A stretch of DNA of 63,561 nucleotides from Epiperipatus broadwayi (Eukaryota > Animalia > Onychophora), in assembly GCA_028023455.1 (NCBI GenBank), contig JAQFVV010000004.1, positions 19,592,001 to 19,655,561 on the forward strand, written 5' to 3'. The translations under genes were made by a program, and so were the position numbers. This document shows, piece after piece, positions 35,138 through 48,599 of the stretch (the first letter of the stretch is position 1; each line of letters starts with the position of its first letter). The notes below the pieces were generated by a model that had not been told where the DNA came from, ran no database searches, and saw only the letters and a list, made by a program, of their open reading frames with translations.

Positions 35138-38100
35138 TGATTATTTATCTTTTCAGCATATATATGCTTGAGTGTATCAGTATTATTAGATAGAGTGGAG
35201 AGTGGTGGGTCATGTGAAAGTCTGTGCTGGATATACCCTATATATTACATATATAGATACAGGTATATAATAAGCCTGTGTTTCAGTATTGTCAATATAA
35301 AAATATAATATTTCTGATTCGGTTCTTCAAAAATCCTATGATAGCTCATATGCTTATACCTGAAGAAGTCATTATATATATTCTTTTCATTAATTTTTTT
35401 TTAATAATCATATTTTATTCGAATTAGAATATAAATGTTTTTTACTAATAAAGTTGAAAATTTTCATCAAAACATTTTGTTTTTAAAATATTATATTTTT
35501 AATAGTAACAAATCTTTTTAATTCTCTACTTTACAGAATGTATGATAAAAAAAAGAGTAGCTTTTTCTAGCGCCATCTATAGTAAGGTTGAATATTCAGT
35601 GGTTACTAAAAGATAGTGCATTTTAATTCACATCACCAGATCAGTTTCTGGTTTTTGCCTTTATCATTAAAATTTGGGATTCAAATTTGGAGTTAATGAA
35701 TGTATGCATTTGGCACTATTTAAAATTTAATTTTATTATTCAAGCTAAAATCTTGAAATTCAAAATACTCTAAATTATTATTTTCTTAAGTAAGACTAGA
35801 ACTGAGTATTTAATATTAATTGAGAGCTGATGTAAAAGATATGAATATTTATTTCACAGTGAGAAAACAATTTCATAATCACCGTCAAATTATCACTATC
35901 TTTCAGCAAAGATGTACAATTTGAATTTTTCAAAGATTGTTTCCAGTTTTATGGTATGTGACGTATCATTTGTTTTATTTACAAAATAAATGAATAAATA
36001 ATAATATCTAATGTTGTATATATTTTTAGAAACATACTAGTTTTTGAATTTTCCATTAATTTCTTTGACTTACTAATTGTTGTTTGAGATTGGATAATCG
36101 ATTAAGATTGAGATTTATTAATCTAATTTATTTAACAACAATTCAATTGCTTATGATTTATGTATATATTAATGATACCACTAATATGTGTTCAGCAGTG
36201 ACATCACTAACATTTTTAAGACCTAAGCAAAATTTCAAAAATGTCATTTTAATACTTTTATTATAGATCCTTTAATTTAATGGTTGACAATGAAAGGATT
36301 ATATAACTCAGAGGTCCTTATGCATTGCCTTGTGTTGTTTCATGATAGTTATGCTGTTAGTCTTGTTTTATGATTAGACTTTTTTATGATTAATTTAATT
36401 AGTATAAAAGATTACATTATAAAAAGCAATTAGATTAAAAGTGAGATTTTATAATGGGATATTATGTTTAGTTTTTTAAATGTTAATTCTTCAGTGTTCT
36501 TTTAAAATATATATCTTGGCACAATGCATTCTAAGTAGTAACATTAATAGAAAAGATTTTTGTATACATCTTTCCGATGTCTTTGAACTTTTGCATTTTT
36601 TTTTCTTTTGATCACTTCATCAGAAAGTTTTTGATTAAAAAACGCAGCTGATCTTTTCTTTTTTGATATATCCCAGTACTCTTAATCTTGTCATATGAAG
36701 TATTATTATGAGAAATGTGACTGCAATCCATTACATTGATAACTTTATCATAGTATTTAATATTCTTAATTTTCTAACGGCAACTTAGGAAAAGGTTATT
36801 AGTTTTTTTTCTTGACTTGTACTCTTGCAAAAATCTTATTCTTATAAAAGGGAGATAAAATACAAAGCCAAAAGAACATTAATTTAATCATAAGTAGCAA
36901 TTTTGAGTTGTTTATTCTCTTTTTGTTAATTCTCTATATGATCTCTTTTTTTTGCAAATGTTTATTTTTTTCATCAATAAAAAAGTATTGTAAAACTAGT
37001 AGTTAAAAAGTTAATAAAACTCCAAGGACTTATCCTCATAAATTCAGAATTGATTTTATAAATTTTCTCAACAATATCTTGTTTTCATATTTAGCATTTT
37101 TATTTGTCTTTTATTGTATCTTTATTTATATGAAATTATTTATGAAATAAAAAAGAATGGAGAAATATGGAAGTTGTCTAATCATTTACAATAATGTTAG
37201 ATCAAAAATATGTCTTATTACGTATTATTTAATTATATTTTTTTCTTCCCCCCCTTTTTTTGCAGATATATATTGTAATGAATGAGAGTATCAGTAAGTG
37301 GTCAGTAGATATAAAATTTTGGTGAATCTCAGGTAACGGCAAAACATCATCACTCCCAAGTTCAAAATATTTCAAATAATGTCAAAATAAGGTATATTTA
37401 AAGTAAGCCATTTGTAACGGATGGGGGTATCAGAGTGGTCATGATAATAAATCCCCCCCCCCATTCAAAATATAAATATAAAATTTTCAAAAAGTAATGA
37501 TTGAAGTAAGAGATGTTAAAACAATATTAAAGTAATGTTTAACATCAAATATATATGCAATTTTATATATCAAAAGAGAGCATGAGATCTCTCAGAGATC
37601 AGCCAATCATTCCCTAGAGCAACCACAAATATAATCAATACGCCATCCAGCATTATAATAAGTAATGCAAAGAAAGAAATAACCATTCATCATGAATGAT
37701 CAATAATACATCAATACAATAAATCAACAGTTCATCTTGTGGCTGGATTTGAACAATAACAAAAAATATAAATCAACAGTCAATCTGGTGACTGGATTGG
37801 GAATGAATCTTTTGAAGATCAGGCTAAATATTGAGACTTTGCCAGTCTAGGCAATTATTTGAACATAGTTTGGATGCATAAACTTAGGTGCTAATCCATA
37901 AGAATATAACCAAAAAAAACAATGTTGGAACATTAAAACATGATAATTGGCATCAATGCTCTGGTCACTTAGTACCATTAATGTACTGGCCAACTATAAA
38001 CTTAATTTCTAATAGAGACCAAACTAAATAAAATGTAGTGCATGGACTTTAAAGAATATCCTCTCTTTACCAACACAGGAATCATCATCATCATCTGTAT

Positions 38101-38646
38101 GCCTAAACCCATTTATATATTCAGCTTGTGCTCGAATCTAGCTCAGAGAACATAAGCTCTATTACTATTATGTGACCAAGAAATAATAATTTAATACAAT
38201 TTTAACAATTGAATTCAAATTTATTCAATAAAAATGATATTAAGATATGGAGAATATGGCTATACATATAAAGACTTTTGATTTTGATTAACATATAATA
38301 AAAAAATTATCACATTTATGATTTACAAAATTGCTTTACAAAATTCAAGTTAGTATTGTGGTTTACATATATGTTCCACTAGGTTTATTTAAAACACATT
38401 CAGCATACAGGCATGTGGCTTTATATAAAATGAATAGATTTGAATTGACATTTAATAATAAAAAATGATTAAAATTTTACATATAAGTGTCTGCCTGACA
38501 CACATTGGTATTTGCAATACAATTGACATATATATAAGCACATATACATGTGTGTGCATGTAATTTCTGAACATATTTAAATTGCCTAACAATAATACAT
38601 GATTAAACTTTTTGACTTATATTTTTAATAATACAAATACTTTATG

Positions 38647-39067
<421 letters not shown>

Positions 39068-42000
39068 AGTGGGATATATTAATTTATTTACCTAACATAT
39101 TTGAATTAATATATAAAATACAATAAATGATTAAAATTTACCTATATGTGTTAATGTAAAAACAAAATCCAATTTATTACATTGTAGTTTTTAATACCTC
39201 TTAATGGGTTTCTTTACAACACGTATATAATCTTTACCCATATGTGTAGTACAACAATTGATTAATTATATAAATGAATTTTATTTTCCATTATGTATTC
39301 ATATATTGATGTTTACCTATTTTAATTTGTTACAATAATATATTTTTCGTAGTTAATTCCTTGGTTAAAATACATTAAATTCACACATACATGTGTGTAT
39401 CAATAAACTATAGATATAATTTAAAATTAGTTATCAAATTCCATCTTTACTGATTACAGTTTCTTTTCTTCTTTTTAAACAGAAATAAACTTGATTTTTT
39501 ACAGTCTATGAAAGTTCCTTTCTTGACAGGTCACTTCTCAAGATTAATTAGGGAAATGTTTTTTAAAAAATTATATACTTGTAAGTTTATTTTAATTCAT
39601 GCAAAATTATCTGTTTGTTTCACTTTTAAAATGTCTTTTTTTTAGTAAATGAAAACTAAAATTATTTTATAAATCTGTAATTTTTAAAATGTCATTTCAG
39701 ACAAAAAATATTAAAATAAAATAACTCGCTGTATATATACACATTTATCTGTGGTTCCCTGCATATGTAGATAAACAGCAGCCAATATATACCAATTCTT
39801 CAAGCTTTCTCTTGGTCAGCTTGGTTTTTGGTCCATCATCAAAATAGGCATAATCCAGACAATTGTCAGCATTAGGAAAGTATAATTCTGTTATGGTTTA
39901 CATTATCCCTTCTGTCTAGGGCTTGATGAGCTTCAGACCAGCAAACTAATCTTCTGTCATCTATAGTAGATAAATACAAAGAACTTGGGTCTCCCTTCAA
40001 AGTATATCTAAACTCCAACATGATGAATTAATAGACTGCAGTTGGATATACTATTCTGAATTCAGCTACATTTGATTCATGATTGTTATTCTGCCAATAC
40101 TCTACTACAGACAACAACAAATTGCAGTTATCTATTTTGGTCAGTTAATTGCTGCCATTTGCTCAAAAATTTAAAACTAGACTGTTCTTTTCAAAAACTA
40201 CTATCAAGACTGAAATAATCTTTTTATCAACTCTTTATAATCTTAGATTGTAGTAATAATAACATTTTACAGAATGTTTTCAATCTGTCTAATCTTGAGT
40301 AAAAACAATTTTAATCAAAAGCTACTTTTAGATTTTTACTAAAGTGTCATCTACATGTTTTTACTCTTTTCAAATCACTAATCCTTTCAAAAGCAAGTTT
40401 GAAGTTTTATCAAGGTGTCATATACAAAGATTTTTAATAATAGATAATTTACCAATTAATTAAAAGATTTCAAAAATACCGTACTTGTTTTTAAATTTCA
40501 AAATCAGAATAATAATAATAATACAATATTATATTTATTTAGACCTTTTTAAATGTTTTAATTTATAATAAAATTCTGTTTTAAATTCAGAGTTATTTAA
40601 CCTTTTATTTATTATCTTTATTCCAGGAAAAATTTATGACTGTGTTTATTTCTACTTTTCCTTTATTATATATATATGCACACACAACTATATTGCTGTG
40701 TGCCATGTAATCCAAGGTTACAATATACACACATGATAAAAATATTTTTGAACAATTTCATTATTTATTATAATAATGATATCAGATAAAAATATAAGTT
40801 TTAGTAGAATTAAGTCTTCTAGTCTGTTATATCACTTGTTTTCACTATCAATTTTCATAGTTACTAACTGTGCACAAAGATAATATATCAATATAAAATA
40901 TCATTTGTTGGTGATTACTCTTGTAATCAATTAGCTGAAGATATATGTTTTATTATTAAAAAACATCATAATGCTTCTACATAATAATTCTTATTAATAG
41001 AATTTGTTTTTGCATCTCATTATATGTATTTCTATATTGGAGTGGGATAAAGCAAAGACCATAAAACTAAAGACTCCACAATATATTCTCAATTCAATAA
41101 TATAAAAAATCTCACTAAATAAAATTTTGTTCAGTCTGTCATTATGATTTTCCAATGTCATATGACATTCTAAGCAACTAGTCTTATGATTATTTTTTTG
41201 TATAGTTTCTCAAAATATATGCAAAATTGGCTGATGTCCCAGTGTGGATAATGCTAGTTTAACGAATATATGAAAATAATGATTGCAATAATAGGAGTAA
41301 AGAGGATGATATATATGAGAATGAAAGATTTGGAAGATATTTTGGAGGCCTTGTATTTTTTTTTTTTTTGTTTTGTTTAGTTTATTAACTCAGTTTCTAA
41401 TGGTATGTGTGCGTATATAGAAGACAGTGAATGAGCTCTAATTTTTCAGACTGGTATCATTTTTGAAAATTTATTTTGAAATTAACAGGTGTAAATTATA
41501 TAATTTTTTACATTAGTCAGTACAATCCACACTTAAAATTTTTATCGGCAGGTTAATTAATTTTTTTTCATTTAGACACTTACTTTTATTGCTTAAAGGT
41601 ATTAATTAAAAATAAATCTAAATCAATTTTTAAAATATTATTTGGTTTCTGCTTAGTTAAGAACTATTGAATATTTTATTTGCCTATAAAACGGACATAT
41701 TACAAATACTAAAATTGTTCATATTAAACGGTTATGACGTTAGAAGTCATAAAATTGGCAACAGTACACAAATATATCATTGAAATGCAAAATTCCAATT
41801 AATGCTAAAGAGAGAAAAAAATCCATCGTAAGAAATTAGAATAAATAATTTACACATAAATTTGACATTTTAAAAACTAATTTGGTTAAGAGTTGTAATT
41901 TTATTATTCGTACTAAGTCTAAAATCCCAGTTTCTTTCTCAAGCCTAGCCAAGATTGATGCTAGTCTAAATTACACTTCGGGGAAAACCTGCTAGGAATG

Positions 42001-43010
42001 TTGCCTAGCAATTACATCTGAATGTAATTAATTATGAATACACAAAATTTCTCACAGTAGTGTTTGACTTTAATTTTCTGTTTTTAAAATTAGTGTTATT
42101 TAGCTTATATATATTTTAATACATTAAACTCATATATCAACGTAGCTAAAGGTTATATTTACATATACACATACACACGCATAATCTTTCTATCTATTTA
42201 TTACTATTATGTACCACGAAATGAATATCGATTCCTTTCATCTAATAAAAAAATATTATGTTTATTTCTAAAATTTCAACAACTGTACAGAAATAGTTTG
42301 TCCACATAGTTTGAAATGTTATTTTGCACTCAACACGACTTTAACCAACTGCCATTTAACATCGTTCTGTATCACTACTGACCAATATAAATGTTAGTAA
42401 TAAAAAAACTTAACAAAAAATAAAACAAAATAAGTCAAAATGAAGGAAAGACAGTAAAGGTAAGAAAGAAAAGAGATAATTCATGAAGAATTATTAGAGA
42501 TGAAAAAGCCAAATAGTACAGATTTTAATATAATACCACAATATAACGAAATTATAAATTACTAAAAAACTAGATGAAAATATTTTATTTATTTTCTGAA
42601 TAATAAAGAGATGCAATACAATTGATATTCTGAAAATAACATGTTATTGCAACAAACTTTTCTAAGTATGTTAATGGCAAATATTCAAATCAAAAAGTGT
42701 TATTTACAGAATTTCAGTTTATGTTTTTTTAAAAAATTAGTTGTAAAACAAATCATTAATCAATTCAAAGTGTAATTTACTCATGTTAAGTTTCCTATCA
42801 AATATAAATTAAAATAACTAGTAAATAGGATACTGTGACCAGGAAATAGCAGCTGATTAGTGTTGTTAATAATTCATTATTATTTGTCATCTGTAACAAT
42901 TTATTACTTATATCTCAATATTTAGAAAAATATAAAATAAATGAGATATTTACACGTTTAAGATGCATAAAAACAAAATATATACATGCATAATAATATA
43001 ACTAAATGAT

Positions 43011-43164
43011 TTATAAACAAGGCAAAACTCTCCATACAGTAGTGCCACCCTGTGCCAACCAGAGTAATCAATGGATGCCAGAAAGTAGAGTGGCACTACT
43101 GTATGGAGAGTTTTGCCTTGTTTATAAACAATTATGTGCTAGTATAAGAGATGATGATCATGTG
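43011..43164. mobile_element. Family 3 minimal fold-back (no HHR) with 13-bp TSD
   Basis: Perfect 39-bp arms 43010-43048 and 43090-43128; the spacer has agagtaatcaatggatgccagaa as at 29708-29729; a 3' extension (..gtataagagatgatgatcatgtg) is homologous to 29886-29927. TSD ATAACTAAATGAT at 42998-43010 and 43165-43177. Confidence 0.85.
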
Positions 43165-43286
43165 ATAACTAAATGATATCAATTAATATGTATATTAATT
43201 TTTAAGAATCAATGAAGTCATCTATGCTGTTGATATTGAATTTAATTAATTATCTCACCTTTCATCATCATCCGATTACATAAACA

Positions 43287-43443
43287 ATAAAAATGGAACC
43301 ACTTGTGTCTGCTTTTTGAGTTTTTATTTTGATGGCAGATGCGGACATTTGACAATTTGATGTTGAATTTCACAAATAGCATTATTAATATTTGCTTTTC
43401 TAATAAGAATTAAGAAAGTGTGTGAAAGTAGTTCCATTTTTAT
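43287..43443. mobile_element. Possible MITE with 18-bp terminal inverted repeats
   Basis: ATAAAAATGGAACCACTT ... AAGTAGTTCCATTTTTAT (1 mismatch). Confidence 0.4.
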
Positions 43444-44439
43444 CTGCTTAAGAAAGGTAAAATGTTGAATAAATATAATATAAATTGTGCAAGTTTCCAA
43501 CAGCTCCTAAAAATTGATACATAATACAAATGAATGTGTACTGTGCAGTTTAGTATAATGGAGCATAATAGACTTGAAAGCTAGCCATAAATGTCACATG
43601 ATCTGCTGAATGACCAATCATAAAATCACAGATTTAATTTATGTCACAATTATTTAAGTGCTCTTAATAAATATGTAAACAGATAGCATTTGCAACCTTT
43701 ATTTTAATGTGCACTATATATTTTGATAGATCACAATAAGACTCTTATTTACTTATCTCAGTAAACTCTATCAAGATAAAGAAATTGTCCCTACTCATTT
43801 CTAGAACTCAAGTTGTGTAAATGTATAACAAGGCCAGTGTAAAGTTTTTTTTCTATCAATGACTTTCTGCTATACTGAAGACTTGATGAATTATAGACAT
43901 GATTTTTTTACAACAACAACAAAATAAACCTTCTTTTAACATGCACAATATTTAATGTAAATAAAACTGCAATATATGCAAACTTTTTATTTTTAAGAGC
44001 ATAATGCCATGATGCATTATTATGATTAAAGAATCAAGTGCCTTTTAAGTTGTGCCATTTCTCAACAAAAAAAAGCCATATTATATAAATATGTTTGTGT
44101 TATGTATGTATTTATTTAGATTAAATTTTTTAACTTTTCTAAATTTGTTTAATTTCTGTTGTTTTCAAACTTTGTAGAATTACTTCATTAGTACTGCAGG
44201 AAATTTGTGTTCATTAAGCAAATATTGTCTAATAATGGCATTAACATTGAATTTTTGTTTTAATTTCTTTATGGATGGCACTTTATATAAAAAGATTGAT
44301 TTAAGGATATCACGATTGCTTAATAATGATGGTCTTTATCTGTCTTTTTATTGAATTATATATTTAATGTTTTTTTTTTCCTCAGTGATGAACGTTTATT
44401 CATAAAAAATAAAAAAAAACAGATACAATTAGAAAAGGT

Positions 44440-44800
44440 TTACAAGAGAGTGATTATAAGATGAATTGAAATTTCAGGAACAACATGGTAAGAGAGAGGG
44501 ATACATGTGAAAAGGGAATGGCAAGTGGAAAGGGAAAATGGTGTGTAGCCCAGGCTGGTCCGAAATGCATTTCTTCGTGATTGTCTCCTATGACAGAGGC
44601 AGAGAGAATGGGAGCTGGAGGATTGCCCAAGTGTCTGTGAGGAGTGGAGGTGGGCTAGTTTGGTATCTCTAGTTTTGAGAGAGTGAATTCGGTCCAAGAG
44701 CTTTTGATTGACTGAGTGTACCCTCTGGTCAAAGATAATGGCACATTGGAGCAACCACATAGCATAGATGAGGAAAACTGATAGTCTAATAGCTGCAAAG
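44440..44800 (-). pseudogene. Possible 3' fragment of an I/R1-like LINE ORF2
   Basis: GC-richer island. Across frames: SWTEFTLSKL (cf. W.....NKL), HRRQSRRNAFRTSLGYT (cf. RR.E..L.RLRIGHT), TC.PLSYHVVPE. Weak similarity only. Confidence 0.3.
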
Positions 44801-45920
44801 ACCCCTGTTTCTATGGATTCTTTATTTAATGTTTTTTTGGTGATTAATTAGATATGAAGTGTGCTGGTATAATGACTCTTTGCTCTTGATTAAAGATAAA
44901 GTCAAGTGAACCATTTATGCATTTTTTTTTCTTTTTTTTTATTATATGTATATGAACTATTATTATCTATGTTATTTCTTGATTGCACTGGACTTTTAAA
45001 TAGTCTGAAAATATTAATTTGATATTTCATTTTGTTTAGTAATTTACAACTACATATTGTCTAATTGATTTGTTCTTTGATATTTAAGTTGACAGTGTTT
45101 CTGGAGAGAATAATTCGTCAGATTGGCTGCTGGCTCTCAATTCAGATACAAATTATGTCTGGCTCTTTCATTAATGACCAAACAGTCTAAATGACTTTTT
45201 TCTAACTATGCAAACATATATGTGGCTTTTAATATATCTGCAATTTATATTAAGTTTCTGCTAATTTCTGTTAGCACAATTTATGAGATTAAAATTAATA
45301 CTTCTTGTAAATATTTATTGTATTAAATATTATGATTATCCTGTAAATAAATATTTTTGCTATTTATTAAATATGTATTTGTTTCATTGCACTATTATTT
45401 TCATTATCCAGAAAATATAACAAAGTTTTATTATTCGTTATTTTATAAAAGAGTATATCTCAATAGTCACATAAAATTTATTTATTTATTTTATTTATCA
45501 TTTATTATGCTTGATTTATAAAAAGATATATACTATATTGTTTCATTTTTATTTCAAGTGTATTTTATAGTGTTGTAAGTAGCATAAAATTACCCTTTCT
45601 ACCTGATGCATTATTTTTCTTTTAGTACTTAGTCCAGATTCACACTTGAAGATATTAAAATGAGATATATTTATAGGTGATATAAATTGAATATTTATAT
45701 AAGGAGAAATTTTGAAATAATCAAACAGTATTTTATATGCTAACTATGATTTACCTAAAGTGTTGAGAGACTTGATTTTGCATATTGACATTTTTGTTTG
45801 CCTAAAACACAAGTTATCCTATGATAGAGTCATAAAAAGAAGACAGAATATTTAATGTATAGCTTAAATAGTTATTGCATTTAAGAATGTTAAAATATAT
45901 ATCACAAAATCATTTTTCTG

Positions 45921-46033
45921 TCAAGCGTTGTTAGCCGAGAGGTCATCGCACCCGCCTTGCAAGCAAGTAGTTGGTTGCAGGCGGGTGTGGGTTCGTGTCC
46001 CGGCCGATGCTATGACATATGAGAAAAAAAAAA
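45921..46033 (+). mobile_element. tRNA-derived SINE-like insertion, same family as 21541-21649, ~14-bp TSD
   Basis: GCGTTGTTAGCCGAGAGG...GGGTTCGTGTCCCGGCCGATGCTA-TGACATATGA-GA(n). AAAATCATTTTTCT at 45906-45919 and ~46030-46043. Confidence 0.85.
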
Positions 46034-46719
46034 TCATTTTTCTTGTATCAAGTACATGAGTAAACCTTGATAGAGTATAGACCTAGTATATAAGTTTAAA
46101 ATATAAGAAGAACTTGAAAATAAGATTTTGAATATAGGAAGAACCTGATATTTTATACTATTTACATTTATATGACATTTTGTCTATATAAGAGTGCTCA
46201 TTTTCTGTAAGGGAAAACCCATACTCATTATGGTACTGACGTGCCTGTGTAACCTGACCTGATCCCGCACTATTTAAAAGGTTACAATATATATATATAT
46301 ATTAGTGATGACTTTAAAATTGCAAAAGCATTGCTTTAAAAATTAATTTAATTTTTATAAAAAATATTAATTTTTAAAAAGCATACTTTTATGTTTACAC
46401 TATAAATTATTTATTAACATGATAATTCATTGAAATTATCATGAGTTTATTATTTTTGAAAATATTTAATAACAAATAAGTTATTTATTTTAGTAACAAA
46501 AAAACGAACAGACCATACATGTATGTATTTATATTAGTGTGCAAGTGTAAAATTTTCTGCACTTACAACTTTGTTATCAAACACTTCACATGATCACCAT
46601 TCTTTACACTGCCAATAAAATTATTAATGATTATTATCAATCATCTATTAAACTAGAGATTATCTCTAATTCAGATTTAAACTTCAAACTTCAGTTAAAG
46701 ATCAATATATCTATTTTTT

Positions 46720-46870
46720 AATTAAAATAAAGTAGAAGTTAAAGATTAATCTACCCATTGTTTAATTAAACTGCTGAACTATGATGAATTCATATGTAAG
46801 AGATTGTGACTTGGGACAACTGAAGAGTGCTTGTTCAAAATGAAATGCAATATGTGATAGAGTAGGAGTT
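46720..46870 (+). mobile_element. Old family R fragment with hammerhead relic (46816-46855)
   Basis: atatgtaagagattgtgacttggg-ACAA-CTGAAGA-GTGCTT gtt CAAAAT-GAAA-TGCAA-TA-TGT. Confidence 0.55.
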
Positions 46871-47000
46871 TATATTTTAATTTATATATATATTGTAAAT
46901 ATATTAACATAATGCATGAGTATTTATAATAAATAATGGAAATAGATAATGGAAATACTCTTACCATTTCGAATTTTACAATAATAATGTTTACAATTAT

Positions 47001-47462
47001 ATTACATTCAAATATCAGCCTTTCAAGCTAATTGAGCATGCGCCTTTTGAGAGTGTTAAATAAATGAATACTTTCCTCTTCAATTCAAGATATAGTATTT
47101 ATGCAGGAATAAAAAGGATCCTCTTATTCCTACAACTCAAATTCTTTTATATGAGCAAATCTGAAGAACTGTTGAGGAGAGTGTGAGTAGAATCCTCACT
47201 TTAAATTCTAAGCAATTTCACCGACGTCATTCAGTCAAAAAACATCGTAAATAGTAATTTAAAGTGAGGATTCTACTCACGCTCTCCTCAAAAGTTCTTC
47301 AGATTTGCTCATATAAAAGAATTTGAGTTGTAGGAATAAGAGGATCCTTTTTATTCCTGCATAAATACTATATCTTGGATTGAAGAGGAAAGTATTCACT
47401 TATTTAACACTCTCAAAAGGCGTGTGCTCAATTAGCTTGAAAGGCTGATATTTGAATGTAAT
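47001..47462. repeat. Near-perfect fold-back, 207-bp arms, 48-bp spacer, family unknown
   Basis: 47001-47207 is the reverse complement of 47256-47462 with about 5 substitutions seen. Confidence 0.95.
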
Positions 47463-48599
47463 AATAATTTATAATTAAAGTGAAAGGCTGAAACCTTCTC
47501 ACAATCACATTTAGAATGCTTATATGACAGCCAATCAGATGTAATGATGATGGTAAAGATAGCTCTCAAGTCATAACACAAGACAGAGATTTTATAATAA
47601 AAAGATGGTTCCACCTTTTTCTTTACTTAAATTTCTATATATCTAAGCCAGTCTGAAGCATTTTGACTTAAGAGCATGAAGCTTTTTTTAAATAATAATT
47701 TATTAAAATTAATTTAAGGCATTTATGAAAAAGGGTCTTATAATTTATCCAATGTAAATTGCAGTCATGTGAAATAATTTTCACACTTTAAAAAATAATG
47801 TGTATTACAATGAGGTAGTTGTTAGAAAGGCTACCATAATATTTTATAAAATTAGGGTTTTAGACTCTAGTGTACAAGTGAACCATGTCTAGTAAGAAAA
47901 TAGATCATTGTCTTTTGATATTATAACTGTAGTAAAATTAAAGGTTGTTTAGAGCCTATATGATTTAGTGCAATAATAGAGTAGTAGACTCTGGAACTCA
48001 ATAACCATGAATCAAGTCCAGCACTATCACTTGCAGTTTTTAAACTTCTTATTAACTCCAAACAATGAACTGTTCGATGATGATGATTCTTCTTATTATT
48101 ATGATGTTTCAAAAAGGGACCTTATTCAGACTAAAAGAGTAGATTACATTAATCCTTTCCATATACATGTGTTTACATTGATGTTTTCTGAGGATTATGT
48201 ATATTGTGTCTACCTAAGTTCTTTACAAGTCTTTACAGATATAAACTGGGTGAGTGAAGGATTGTCTGTTATAGGTTATAATACTAAATTTATATGGCTT
48301 CTGTTAGGTATTTAATTCCATTGGTTTTCTTTAAATTGTTTCTTAAAGTTATCTTATTTACATTTGGATAATTAATACACATGTATACAGTACATATGGC
48401 ATATATGCTTTGTAACAGTTTGATAGTCTTCAGATATTAGTTTTTTAAGCTGGTGTTTGTTTCTACTGGCAACATTGTGTATATTTTATTAATATATATC
48501 AATTCTTGTATTTTGTTATGTCAATTTTCTTGCATTCTCTTTTTGAGTATATTAACTGATTTAAAAAATGACAGAATTTCCCTATTGATTTGAGCATTG

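Larger units (their letters stand above)
34467..35286. mobile_element. Family R insertion: inverted segment + 3' partial + full 474-bp monomer, 13-bp TSD
   Basis: Inverted 34467-34675; + strand 3' part 34676-34818; full monomer 34821-35286. Equivalent points 34681 and 35155 are 474 bp apart. TSD TATTGTCAATATA at 34454-34466 and 35287-35299. ATCTT microhomology at the inversion junction. Confidence 0.92.

Noticed and set aside
37600-38200. Slightly GC-richer block with a short internal duplication and faint similarity to the PLE hammerhead region (gagcttatgttctctga, minus strand)
   Set aside because: No core or GAAA in register; cannot be assigned to a family.
39760-40160. Coding-like stretch (LWFPAYVD on +; LDYAYFDDGPK on -)
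   Set aside because: Single weak motifs with stops in all frames; not supportable as an exon or TE domain.
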